The position numbers and the translations under genes are program-made. Below the pieces are notes generated by a model, which was not told where the DNA came from, did not search any database, and saw only the letters and a program-made list of their open reading frames with translations. From Octopus sinensis (taxonomy: Eukaryota): a stretch of 40,711 nucleotides of DNA. The stretch covers positions 1 to 40,711 of the forward strand of contig NW_021835421.1 of the NCBI RefSeq assembly GCF_006345805.1, written 5' to 3'. Of this stretch, positions 11,316-23,950 are shown one piece after another (within the stretch, counting starts at the first letter, position 1; every line of letters starts with the position of its first letter).

Positions 11316-12433
11316 GAAAGGTCAAAAAGAAAATTTCCTTCCCAACCCTAAAGTTAGATTAATTGGCCAAGAAGTTCTGACCTAGGCAAATTTAGTAAAA
11401 TTATTCTAGATAACTATATACCCAAACTGAAGAAAAATTTGAAATTAGATATCTGGTCAAATACCCAGGAAGCCAGTAATTGACTTGACGAATTAGGTAA
11501 TAAAAGTAGAAGTATATTCATTCAATTAGATATTAAAAAAATATTATTCTTCAGTTAATCTAATTGTATTAAATAGTGCACTTATTTTTACTAAGAAAAA
11601 TTCTAACCTAAGTTTAAGAGAAATTAAAATTATTTTGGAAGCTAGGAAGTCCATCATTGTATTCGATAACTAGTACTGGGCCAGAAAAAATACTCCCGAT
11701 TATTTTGACATTAAAATCGGCTCAGCCGATTCAGTCCAAGTTACTGATTTAGTACGTATTTATATACTATATCATTTCCACAATTAATTCCCGGAAATTA
11801 AAGGTGGTCTCTATAGAGATGATGCACTATTTCTGGTCAATAGTAAATCCAATAGAAAAATAAACCTATATATGAAAAAGTTCCATATTATTTAAAAAAA
11901 GATTTGGTTTATCTATCTCTATAGAAAAATCAACATGATTCAGTTAACTACCTAGATGTAAATCTGGATGTTGTTACTGGCCTATACAGTCCCTATCATA
12001 AACCCAATAGTAGTTTAAAATAAATCAACTTTCACAGTTAATCGGGCTGATAACATTTTGGAACGCGTTTCATATATGTCATCTAATGAGGAAATATTTT
12101 ATAATAATGTAGAATACTATAATAATGCAATTCAAAAGGCAGGGTACTGGAATATTATAGTATACTGTAATAAGAAAGAGATCTACAACAAATCTTATCA
12201 TAATAATGGAAAACTGATAGACAACGAAGCGGGTGCATATAATAGTAGAAAGATATCCAATTTATTTGGAAATAGCAATATGATTAAAAATAGCATTGAT
12301 ATTAGTCAGAACAAGAGTAGTAAATATACCCTGAATAAAAATACAAATAGAAATAAACTTAGGTCTAATGATAATAAATATACGCCATATGCCAACTCAA
12401 ATATATCCAATGATGTTAAGTATAATGAAGATA
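11316..12433 (+). mobile_element. Penelope-like element, RT half
   Basis: Plus strand reads LKGQKENFLPNPKVRL, FIQLDIKKYYSS, GGLYRDD, VNYLDVNLD...PYHKPN and SSNEEIF...YNNAIQKAGY, with multiple stops and frameshifts. Confidence 0.9.
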
Positions 12434-12899
12434 TGCATGTACATGTATACGTGTACATGCAACTATGCATGTACACGTATAGAAATCCACACACACACGC
12501 GTACACACACACACGTGCCCATACTCATACGCGCACACACACATTCATACACGTGCAGGTAACCATACGGGTACAGTTATATTCAAATGCAAGTCTAAAA
12601 AACATACATGCTATATATGCATATTCTCACACTCGCGTGGACTTCCACGTGTATATGCAACCATACACATGTTCTTATACATGTACATATATACATACCT
12701 TCACACACGTACATACACACGCGAGCACATGCACAAGATATAAGCACATGCACAAGAAAAGTGCAGGGCGGAAGGAAAAAGAGTAAAAATATATAAAGCA
12801 ATAAAAATATAAAAATATATCTCTATAAATATGTGAAAAAATATGTAAAAGATATATAAGAAATATATATAAAAAGTATAGAGATAAAATGCTTGTACG

Positions 12900-13520
12900 T
12901 GGACACAGTATAAAATGCAGGTTCTATCTGTGATCTTAGGGGACCAAAAACGTAACAAATATTTAGCCACACATGGACATAAGCCAAAATGTTCAGTTCA
13001 ATAGATGATATAACTGGCAGCTTTATCTTTTAAGGACCATATGTGACTGGATAATTTGCTCGTTTTCCTTTTATCCCAGTGCCTGATGCTCAAGGTGTGG
13101 TTATTGAACTGGGCCTTCAAATTCCTCTCTGTAAGGCCCACATATTTCTTTGTCGCAACTGTGCCATTATTGGTTGTAGAGTCTACGGCGGCTTCATAAA
13201 TGATGGTCTTGGACATGCAAGCTCCATTCAGATGGCACAAATTTTTATCCCTGCATGAACATCTGGTTTCATATTGTAGTTTTTTGTGTTGTGTGCGATT
13301 ATATTTTTAAGATTAGTAGTTGAGCTGAAACTGATTTTTAAGTTAAGTTTATTGAAGAGTTTTCTGTAACTATGGTTGACTGGAAAATGTCTATCTATCA
13401 GTGCTAAGAAATACTTGCCTATATTAAAGTTCACTTCGGAGGAATAGTGGGGTGTGAACCAGAGACATTTACTACGCCTATGCTTCCTTTTCTTTATTAT
13501 TGGACTAGTGACAGGTGTAT
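12900..13520 (-). mobile_element. Second Penelope-like element, GIY-YIG fragment
   Basis: ORFs 13228-13434 (NIGKYFLALIDRHFP...KISFS) and 12998-13240 (CHLNGACMSKTIIYEA...KYVGLTE...FNNH...LSSHIWSLK). Confidence 0.9.
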
Positions 13521-13604
13521 AGGTTATTTCCTCGCTAAAACCACTATTAAAAATGTCCCTGTCCGAGGAGAGGGTAAAAATTGAGCTGTGGCTTTGATTT
13601 TACC

Positions 13605-13625
13605 ATATGTATATATATATATATG

Positions 13626-13656
<31 letters not shown>

Positions 13657-13661
13657 ATATT

Positions 13662-13703
<42 letters not shown>

Positions 13704-13738
13704 CAGAAAAAGGATCATTATTATTATTATTATTATTA

Positions 13739-13800
<62 letters not shown>
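13605..13800. repeat. (TA)n plus (ATT)n microsatellites
   Basis: Adjacent ta and att arrays. Confidence 0.95.
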
Positions 13801-13803
<3 letters not shown>

Positions 13804-14654
13804 ACGTAAGTGCAATCATATTTCTACTATCCCTTATTTAACAAACCTTTTCTTCTATTCAATTATCATATTTTCAATGTTGTTGTGTTCGTGTTGACAT
13901 TGATTGTGTGCAATATACCGAAACAAATACCACTTGAAACGACAATAATAATAATGATAATCAGAATGATAATTATGATGGCGATCTCCAGAACCGAGTC
14001 TAGAAGTTTTTAACAAGGTTATGCACCTAGTAATCAATTATCAGTAAATTAAAAAAAATTCCTTGTTTTTTTTAAAACTCAATCGTTAAACACACCGTTC
14101 GATCTAGTGAGTAAAAGTCTTTCAATACACTTTCTTCTTCCCTCCTTTCTCTCTTGCACTCTCTCGCTCTCTGTCTCTGGCACTCTCTCTCTAGCACTCT
14201 CTCGTTTACACCCTCTTTCTCCTCTCTTCGGACATTCTATTATTTTAACTTCCTAATGTTTTTATTTGGCAATGCAACTCTATTTCACTGACGCTTTCTC
14301 GACACAACCTTGCAGATTCATTTATTTTTTACATTTTTATTTTATTTTTTGGCAACAGGTCCTTTTTGTTGTATTTTTGTCTTAGTTTGCATTGGCATTC
14401 TGTCTCTGTTTCACCCAATTAATCAACAAGGCACCGGTAAAAAACAAATAATATGTCTGGACGTGTGAACGAACCCTGAGAATGGCGACATACCGACAGC
14501 AACTAGTCGACTTGTCGTCGCATAGAGCACGCACTGCAAATTAGCCAAAACAATCGACCTCAACACATTGTACATATTGACTTTTGCAAATCTAATTTTT
14601 TTTTTATCGACCAAGTTAAAACCATGACTAAAAAAAAAAGATAATGAACAATTC

Positions 14655-14828
14655 TAAAGAATATTGGTTTCAAATTTTGACACAAGTCCAGCAACTTCTG
14701 GGGAGGAAAACGTCGATTATGTGACAGTAGTTCTTAATTGGTACTTATTTTATCAACCCCGGAAGGATGAAAGGTAAAGTCGACCTCGGTGGAATCTGAA
14801 CTCAGAAAGTAAAGGCGGACGAAATGCA
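14655..14828 (-). mobile_element. tRNA-derived SINE (family C)
   Basis: aaagtcgacctcggtggaatctgaactcagaa matches 19960-20160, 35640-35822 and 37775-37982. Confidence 0.8.
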
Positions 14829-15249
14829 TAATACTAAAGAAAAACGCCTTAATTCTGAAGAATATTGAACCTTCCTTTTTCTAGGTTCTTCTAAAAGAAC
14901 AAAAGAAAGAAAAGAGCAAACAAACTACAGCAGAAATCATGAGTTCTATTACAAGAATGATTAAAATGTCCAGCAGTCGTTTTATATTGTTAAACATTTT
15001 TAAAATGAATAAAATTGCTAAATCTTTTAAACCTTTTTAAACATTCATAATGTATCGCTGACAATTATAAACACGTGCTACAATGCTAATTTTGTTATTA
15101 ATTATAGTAATTATAGAGATTATAACATTTAATCTAATTTGTTCAGGATGTTTATTGACACCTAAATATACTAAATGATCGTACTGAATGATAAAATTTC
15201 TAATTCATTTTTAATTAGCTATTATTGTTAATTTGCAGTGTGTAAGAAA

Positions 15250-15465
15250 TACTCCACTCAGCTGGCAAAATGAGTTGTACCTGAAATTTCAAAGGGAGGC
15301 CAGCCTTGTCACATTCTGTGTCATGTTGAATCTTCCTGAGAATTTCGTTAAGGATACGCGAGTCTGTGAAGTGCTCTGTCACTTGTACGTTAATTCCTTA
15401 AGCAGGCAATTCCACTGATTGGATCATCTGAAACACTCGTCATCGTAACCGATGGAGTGCCAGTT
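15250..15465 (+). mobile_element. SINE family B body/3' fragment
   Basis: cactcagctggcaaaatgagttgtacctg matches 9113-9140. Confidence 0.65.
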
Positions 15466-16349
15466 ATGCACTCAATATAAGAGTGCCAGTAAGAAATAGC
15501 TGGAAGGGCAAGTGCTAGATAAATTTTTTGTGGTTTTTCAAGACCTAATCAAGCAAACCTATGATCAAAGACAATCCATCTATGAGCATAACTTCATTGT
15601 TTTTGTATCATGTACTATCTTATCCGACATCTCCTTCCTATGTGTTATTTCAAAATTTGGGTTGCTATTTCTAGCATATCAAGAAAGTTAATCCGTCGCT
15701 CGGGTCAATGCTACACTCTAATACTTGAATGAGGTTACCGGAGTACTATGCACTGCAAACATCTGGTCCAGGCCATCCCACATACTTCGGGACCTGTAAA
15801 AAAGCAAAAGTACTATTTTGTCCCGCTAATGATAAAAATATTCCTTGAAGGATGGTCTGCTCCATCAAATCAGTCTTGAGGCTAAAAACTGAAAGGTAAC
15901 AAAATTTATTGGCATATATAATCGCTCGACATTGTCTAGAAATAATTTTAAAAATCTCCCACAAAATCTCCCCTTAAGGGACTTATAATGTAACACTCAT
16001 CGGTAAAATTTCCACTTATTTCTTATTTTTATTTTCCTAAAATTTTCGTTGCGTCTTGCAACCTTTTCAATAGTCTTCACTCTGTCCGTTATTTACACTG
16101 CGTTCCGTTTTGTTTCTGCGCATGTGTGTGGTCAGTGTGTGTGTGTGTGCCTATGCATGCATGTACGTATGTATGTGTGTATGTATGTATGCATGTGTAT
16201 GTATGTATATATGTGTGTGTGTGCATATGTATGTATGTATCTTGTATATTCATGTGCTTGCATGTCCGTGTTTGTGTATTTTCTATATATGTGGGTGTGA
16301 GCGTGTGTTTGTATATGTATGCACCTCTGTCTCCTTGTGTGTGCATGTC

Positions 16350-17829
16350 TGTGTGTGTGTGTGTGTGTGTGTTATGAAACTATGTACCATGTTTGTATGT
16401 ATGGATGGATGGGCATCTCTATATGTGTAGTTCTGTATCTCCATATGTGTCCTTGTGTGAAGTAGAGTGTGTGTGTATATATGATCATGTGTGTCAGTCT
16501 CCATTTACGTATGTGTGCTTGTATGTTCTTACAACCTATGTACCTATCCGTCTGTATGTTGATCTGTTTATTTTCTAACTTTGGTTAGAGACTGTGAACA
16601 ATAGAGTGCAGCACCTCCACTCTTATTATATGAAACCCATAACTTCAAAATATGTTGTTCACAAGAACTCAGCTTTGTCACACAACATGAAAATTAATAT
16701 ACTGATAGTAGACTTAGTTAGAATAATGAACAATGTGTCCCCACTATGCGAACCCTATGAAATGAAGAAACATATACAGAACTTCATGCACCGCATGCAG
16801 TTCTCTGGATATGATCAGAAAGATAGGGTTCGAGTATACAGCGGGGCTAGAAAGAAATTAGACAACATTATACGTAATGATACCAGTGGTGCCTGCCCTA
16901 GATAGAGAAACAAAGAATGGAATAGAATACAAAGAACTTGTGACAAATCAAACAGGGCGAACACGTGGTAGAAAACCGACAAATATCAAGGAGTGATGTT
17001 TGAGACCACAGCCCATGAAGAACTAGCCCACAGATTTAGAAAAGCTCTGAAGGAGACCAAACTCAACATTAAAATTGTTGAAAAGCCAGGAAACTCCGTC
17101 AGATCACAACTATGTAGGACACACCCGTTTAAGAATACCATATACACCAATGATAACTGCATGGTATGTAGAATTAGCCCTGGTATTAAGTGTAGAACTC
17201 AAAATGTAGTTTACAGCATAAGATGCATAGAATGTGCTTGTAAGGACATAAACATGATGTACATAGGGGAGACGTATAGGAGCAATGCGGAACGGATAAA
17301 TAAACATCTAAGACAATATGACGACAGAAAACAGTCCTCCATACTCTACCAACATGCCAAAGACCACCATGGAGGTAACTTGGGTCAACTTGACATCCGC
17401 ATCTTATCCAAGCACCCAGAAAACCCAACACTCAGACAAATACGGGAGTACGTCCTTATAAATAAAACATCCCCAATATTAAATAGGAAATATACACAGT
17501 AAATACCATACCTCCATACCCACAGTTTACACAGGTAGAGTAGAATAGTTAGTGGACTGTTATATAGATAGATTTATGTATGTGTGTGTGTATGCACATG
17601 TATTTTTTTGTATGTAAGCATATGGATATGAAAATAAACAGATCAACATACAGACGGATAGGTACATAGGTAATACGAACAAACAAGCACACTTAGGCAA
17701 ATGGACACTGATACACATGTCTATATATATACACACACTTTACTCCACACAAGGACACATATGGAGACACGGATCCACACATCCATACATACAAACATGG
17801 TGCATAGTTGCATAACACACACACACACA
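16350..17829 (+). mobile_element. Penelope-like element 3' part flanked by an inverted copy of its 3' tail
   Basis: ORFs 16594-16905 and 16993-17502 (KCRTQNVVYSIRC...MYIGET...H, GIY-YIG) separated by two point stops. Flanks 16350-16575 and 17630-17829 are inverted repeats, including a perfect 42-bp match (16534-16575 / 17630-17671). Confidence 0.9.
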
Positions 17830-18450
17830 GATTCGGCTCACTGAGCAACGGTTGATAAACAAAGTAGAAGTTGAAAGACAAGAATAAAAGCGATGCTGGG
17901 AATAGTATTTCATCCCAAGTTAATTCCAAGACGTCAGTGATCAGCCGTCAATCAGCTATCAATGATCAAAGATGTTCCAGCCGTCACCATTCTGTCTTTT
18001 TTCTTCAACTGTTATATCTAGGTATTCTAGATTTTTCTCAGCAATTTCGGCTGGTTACACTCGTAACTGCTCCAATCTGGCCGGCCCCGCGAAAATCTAA
18101 GCTATGAGCACTAGATTCCTTAGAAGAAAGCAAGCGAATGTATACGAAAACATGGACACATATATATAGTTACAACATGGCCTGGTTTTCACGTTTTTTA
18201 GAAACTTTATTCAACTGATATATTATTCTATATACATTTACACGAATTCGGAAATATATATAAAATAACAATTTTAAAGGGGTGGCTTATAATTAATTAG
18301 AGCCTAAATGCAAAATTAATGGAGGTCACAAAATTGACAGAGGGTGCTAACTAGCTCGCATTTACTAATGATAAAAGTTAAACTAACCCAAAGTCACAAA
18401 TGCACTGTCTTAAATGACTGACAAAGGGAAATAAGTCTGTAGCGTACATT

Positions 18451-18505
18451 GCCAGATCGCGATTTCGGATTTTTATGTAGATCATCTTAATCCTCATCAG
18501 CGGCT
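18451..18505 (-). ncRNA. Minimal type I hammerhead ribozyme (copy 1)
   Basis: AGCCG CUGAUGA GGAUU [17 nt] AAUCC GAA AUCGCGAU C UGGC. Canonical core, 5-bp stem II, palindromic stem III, 4-bp stem I with one GU pair; cleavage predicted after C18455. Confidence 0.88.
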
Positions 18506-18785
18506 CTTAACGGCCAGAGTATAACTCAACTACCTCTGTAAGTTTTATAAGAAAAACTGTTGGAAATGTTTGCTGATTTCTGAAATGATAAAAGTGTAAA
18601 CGACAAATTAAAAAGGGTGGCTAATGAACAATTAGGACCTAAAGGCAAAGTTAATAGAGGTCACAAAAGTGACAGAGGGTACTAGCTAGTATTGCTTTTG
18701 TTAAAAATAAGAGTTAAACTAACTCAATGTCACAAAGGCACTGTCTTAAATGACTGACAAAGGGAGGTAAGTCTCTTGCGTACAT

Positions 18786-18841
18786 AGCCGGATCGTGATT
18801 TCGGATTTTCATGTAGACCATCTTAATTCTCATCAACGGCT
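18786..18841 (-). ncRNA. Minimal type I hammerhead ribozyme (copy 2, variant)
   Basis: AGCCG UUGAUGA GAAUU [17 nt] AAUCC GAA AUCACGAU C CGGCU. Perfect 5-bp stem I, C3U, one stem II mismatch and one stem III change; cleavage predicted after C18791. Confidence 0.75.
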
Positions 18842-18989
18842 CTTAACGCCCAGGGTTAAACTCAATGACCTATAAGAAAAACTGTTCAAAACGTGTGCTA
18901 ATTTTCAAAACGGTAAAAGTGTAAACAACAAATTAAAATGGGTCACTTATTTGCAATATATATATGTTTGTCTGTTTCTCTACGCGTGC

Positions 18990-19790
18990 GCATGTATGTG
19001 CGTGGCTGTAATGTAAGAAGTTTAGTTCCCAAACACATGGCTCCAGGTTCAGGCACTCCGCGTTACAGCCTGGGCCGACCCAAGCATTGTGGGCGGATTT
19101 CGTAGACGGACAGTGAAAAGTAGACCGTCGTATATATATATAACACACACACACACACACACACATATATAGGAGTGGCTGTGTGGTAAGTAGCTTGCTA
19201 ACCAACCACATGGTTCCGGGTTCAGTCCCACTGCGTGGCATCTTGGGCAAGTGTCTTCTGCTATAGCCCCGGGCCGACCAATGCCTTGTGAGTGGATTTG
19301 GTAGACGGAAACTGGAAGAAGCCTGTCGTATATGTATATATATATGTATATGTATGTGTGTGTGTGTTTGTGTGTCTGTGTTTGCCCCCCTAGCATTGCT
19401 TGACAACCGATGCTGGTGTGTTTACGTCCCCGTCACTTAGCGGTTCGGCAAAAGAGACCGATAGAATAAGTACTGGGCTTAGAAACAATAAGTCCCGGGG
19501 TCGATTTGCTCGACTAAAGGCGGTGCTCCAGCATGGCCGCAGTCAAATGACTGAAACAAGTAAAAAAAAAAAGAGATGTATATATTTGTGTTTCTCTCCC
19601 ACACTGCCTGACAACCGGTGTTAGTGTGTTTACGTAGAGTAACTTAGCGGTTTGGTTGAAGTAACCAATAAGATAGGTATCAAGCTTTAGAAAAATGAGT
19701 ACTGAGATTCATTCGATTAAAAAAGTTTTGAAGGCAATGCTTCTGTATGGCTGTAGTCTCATGACTGAAACAAGTAAAACATAAATATGA
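18990..19790 (+). mobile_element. Stack of family A SINE heads and 3' modules
   Basis: Degenerate head ~18990-19130, well-preserved composite 19172-19565 and degenerate 3' module ~19590-19790, all co-oriented. Confidence 0.85.
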
Positions 19791-19959
19791 CTCTTTTCTT
19801 TAGTTTTGAATTGAAAGAAATTCTTATTGTATAACTTTCTTGCTGTCCCCTCTTTGTACTTTTTTGATTTTGGTGACGGTGTAGAGTACACTACGCATAT
19901 TAGTTTCAAATTTTAGGACAGAAGTACTGCTACTACTAATAATAACGATTTTAAATTTT

Positions 19960-20160
19960 GGCACAAGATCAGCAATTTCACTGGTGGGAGTAAATCGATT
20001 ACATCGCCCCCAGTGTCCAACTGGCACTTATTTTGTCGACCCCTAAAAGACGAAAGATAAAGTCGACCTTGGCGGAATTTGAACTCAGAATGTAGAGACG
20101 TAAGAAATGCCGCTAAGCATTTTGGCCAGCGCGGTTACGATTCTACCAGCTCGCCGCTTT
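19960..20160 (-). mobile_element. tRNA-derived SINE (family C)
   Basis: gataaagtcgaccttggcggaatttgaactcagaa...ccagctcgccgc. Confidence 0.85.
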
Positions 20161-21406
20161 GAAGTGCCCTGTACATATTAATGGATTAAATGCTAGTGTA
20201 TAACTTTAAGGAGCACTAGCTGGTTTTTAACAAGCTGAGAAACTGCTTTGAGATATACTTGATTGAAAAACACTATCTATTGAAATCGTCTCAGTCGTTT
20301 TCGTGTATTAACTAAACCATTGAAATGTAAACAGATTTAACATTGCCAATACAATTGTTATGGCTTCTTCGGGATTAGGTTTTGTGGCAGTAGAATAATA
20401 TTAAACGTAAGAAATATTCTTCAAGAAGAGATTGAATTGTAGTTTACTGACTTTTGAAAATATAAGCATATTAAAAAACAACGATAAAAGCATTCCCATT
20501 TGATAGGAAATTATTGTTTAGCATAATCTCAGCTGTCACTATTTAAAAGCGTCCCAGACTTGACAATACAGTCATTTTTCTTTGGAAGTAACGTCTAGAA
20601 TTGCGCTGTGCTGTGTCTGCTTCCATTTCGTATACATTGGTTTTTGCCCAAACCTACAACTGTCTTCTTTTCCTTAAAAATTTGAATAGTCTTTAGAATA
20701 GTTTAGTTGTTGGATCGTTTCATGCTGCTACGATCTAAAATACTTAATTTCAAAATGATTCACTATTATTACAGCAACATATGTACCAGACTGTGTATTT
20801 GCGTAGTGAAATCATTCTTTCGTCATTAAAATGAACTCTATTTTTAGCTGAGACAGAATGAGACAGACACATGTTTGGAATTATTTACTCTAATGGCTGA
20901 AATTTGAAAATAATAAAATAATTCTTTTTAAACATTGGTACAAAGCCACATATTTTAATTTAATCAACTCCAATAACTTAATTACAATTTATTTTATTGA
21001 ACCCATTATATTGGATGGAAAAATTGACCTTGAGAGTTTCAAGACTATAATCAAAATCTCCGATGTTCTAACGATTTTTCCAATCAAACTTAAGCAATTA
21101 CGTGAAGAAGACATACGGTAAAATATCTAAGGAAAAAAGACGTCATGGTCACAGCTGGAACATCTTTCATCACTGACGGCTGACAAAGTTCTTGTAACTA
21201 ACTTGGAATCTAATCCTGTTTCTATTCTTGCTTTTCAACATGCACCCTTATTTGTTTATCTTATCTGCAATAACCCATCACAAGAACTCTAAAATTGATC
21301 TGCTGGAGGTAGCAGCTAAATCTAACTCATCAAAATACAGCGTGGAAGTAAAAATAAACGGTATTAATACTGTTTTCTTCTCATCGAAGACCTGGTACTA
21401 AGAAGC

Positions 21407-21728
21407 AATATTCATCCCCACTTAAACGTGGACGTTCTATTAGAACAAACTATACTAGCATTGTCAATCTACATGTTGGAGGGGAACTCAATCACTACCT
21501 TCTCTAGCGGCAGAGTGGCCATTATTGACAAGGCCAAACAAGGTCGAAATCATATGGTTTGGTTGTCTCGGTGCTGGAGACGGTGAGGATTTATCTCCCC
21601 ACTAGCGATATAAAAAAAACGCTGCTTTCTTTTTAACCAAAAACCCAATATAAGAGTTTCTCTCATGGTAACTACAGCAATATAGTTTCTTCTGAAAAAA
21701 ACACCTATATTTAAGTGGGCATAAACAT
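21407..21728. mobile_element. MITE-like element (fold-back family, internally deleted copy)
   Basis: Terminal inverted repeat ccccacttaaa / tttaagtggg; the interior matches 29640-29870. Confidence 0.65.
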
Positions 21729-21784
21729 AACCTCACGATATTAGTACTGCCTCTGTCAAGAGATAATAATAATAATAATAACTG

Positions 21785-22297
21785 ATCTTAACTGATCGGA
21801 AGTGTTATCATGTACATTGTTTTGTCTTGGTATAAAAGATGGGCTACAGCAAATATTCTGCTCAATACCACAGATTTGCTTGTCAGTTGTTTGACCTTAA
21901 CCAGTTGAGCATGTCCCGTAGTGGCTGACGATATGTGCATCTCTGATCACGAGCAGAAGTAGTGGGGGAGCATCATAGCCATGTGTTGAGAGGGATTCTT
22001 TGGGGTTTGAATAATTCACCTCTGGAAACATGGGTGGTTCTTTCAACATACTTAAACAACCCTTATTCAGGGACCTTTTGAGCGGGATGGGCCACTCAAC
22101 CTGAAGAAAATTCTACCTGGACCCACCTGCAAGGTCATGCGCTGTTTATCTTGATATGAGATCACCATGTCGCGCACATATGGTTGTGATGCATGTGCCT
22201 GGTGTACCCTTATCAGACGGTTAGTCATGATGGGTATATTGGGCTTCGTATATTTTACCCCAGTGTCACTTTGATGGCATGAACTGCTCTCTCACTC
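21785..22297 (+). mobile_element. Unclassified retroposon-like repeat flanked by (TAA)n
   Basis: Homologous to 38831-39209; both copies end in actgctctctcact followed by (aat)n and are preceded by (aat)n. Confidence 0.7.

Positions 22298-22375
<78 letters not shown>
22298..22375. repeat. (AAT)n microsatellite
   Basis: Near-pure array. Confidence 0.97.
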
Positions 22376-22376
<1 letters not shown>

Positions 22377-22891
22377 GGCCCAACTTTTGGCACAATTCCA
22401 GAAATATTGGGTGAGCACTCAATTGGTGGTTGATTTCATCGCTAAAATATTGTTGTTGTTATTATCATTTGTAGTAGTAGTATTAGTAGTAGTAGTAGTC
22501 GTAGTAGTAGTAGTAATAGCAGCAGTAGTAATAGTATTATTATTGTTTTTATTAGTGGTGGTACTGGTGGTGGCAGTAGTAGTTGGGGTGGTGATATTGG
22601 TGGTGGTGATAGTAGTAGTAGTAGTGTTTGATACTAAAGAGGTGTGCTTCCTTTGTCGTTGTTGCTCATGTTGCTAAGTGTTTATTTAGATGCTAATGCA
22701 GACAACATGCACACACACACATAAACACACATGTGCACACACATACACACACGATACACACACACATACAGATGCTTGCACGCACGTAGACAAACACTAA
22801 TGCACATATATACATGCACAAATATATACAGATGAACACACATAAATGTACGAAATATGCATCCTGTATATATACACACACACACACACAC

Positions 22892-23490
22892 AAATTCACT
22901 CCAGCACAGAATCATAGACAAATATGTGCAGAAAATCGAACAGACACATACATATATTCTCGCACAAAAACAAAAACGCAAGCACAAATACATAAATACA
23001 CACACACATGGAAACTCGTATTCGTACGCATACACAGTAACACACACACAGATGCAAACACACACACACACAGACACGCATACACACATGAAATTTTCTC
23101 CTGCATAGAATCATACGCAATTACGCGCAGAAGAATCAAGGATGTACAAACATGCACACGCACATTGACTCACATAAACACAAGCATACGTTAACACCCT
23201 CTCACTCACACAAACGAATACTTACTTCCCTACGCATACATAGTAGCATACACATACACACACACACTAACAGAGAACACACACATAAAAACGCATAAAG
23301 AAATTCACACCTGCACAGAATTGTAGACGAATTCGCGCAGAAGAATCAAGCAGATACACGCACACACATGCGCATTCACATATACAGACGCAAACACGCA
23401 TATATAAACACACAGACTTGCGAAAGCTCACGTTCGTGCGCATACACAGTAACACACACACCAAATTTACTCTAGCACAGAATCATACAC
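22892..23490. repeat. Degenerate minisatellite inside a CA-rich block
   Basis: A motif of consensus aaatt-N4-5-c(t/a)gcacagaatcata recurs at 22892, 23091, 23301 and 23463. Confidence 0.6.
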
Positions 23491-23863
23491 ACGCATACTC
23501 ACATACACATACACAAAAGTACATACGAAAGTTCACACTCGTACACATGCATAGTAACACACTAATACGCACTCATACATACACGTGAACACATACACAC
23601 ACACTGATACACGCACATACATACACACAACACACACACACGCATACACACACATACACACACACACACACACACACAAGCCTGATATTGCTTTCCCCTT
23701 TCTGCTCTTGTCTTCGTACAATTGCAACCGTTACCGGAAGTAAACATTATTGCTCGAGTGAAGCCTAACTGTTAAAAGTAAACAGAATATTTCGATACTT
23801 TCAACGAGCGCCAGGATTTGACAAAAATCAGACATTTTGTTTGTTAACAAACAAATAGTAGTA

Positions 23864-23898
23864 GTAGTAGTAGTAGTAGTAGTAGCAGTAGCAGTAGC

Positions 23899-23944
<46 letters not shown>

Positions 23945-23950
23945 AGTAGT
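23864..23950. repeat. (GTA)n microsatellite
   Basis: tagtag array with gca variants. Confidence 0.95.

Larger units (their letters stand above)
18244..18950 (-). mobile_element. Tandem ~336-bp repeat with one hammerhead per unit (candidate non-LTR retrozyme)
   Basis: About 2.1 direct repeats; 18393-18520 vs 18729-18856 align without gaps at offset 336 with 14 mismatches in 128 nt (hand count). No ORF. Confidence 0.8.

Noticed and set aside
12058-12786. 242-aa ORF as a host gene
   Set aside because: The N-terminal half is PLE RT thumb/linker and the remainder is microsatellite read-through.
14040-14640. CT-rich tract with a GTGAGT donor-like site, suggesting a promoter or 5' exon
   Set aside because: No independent support from the sequence alone.
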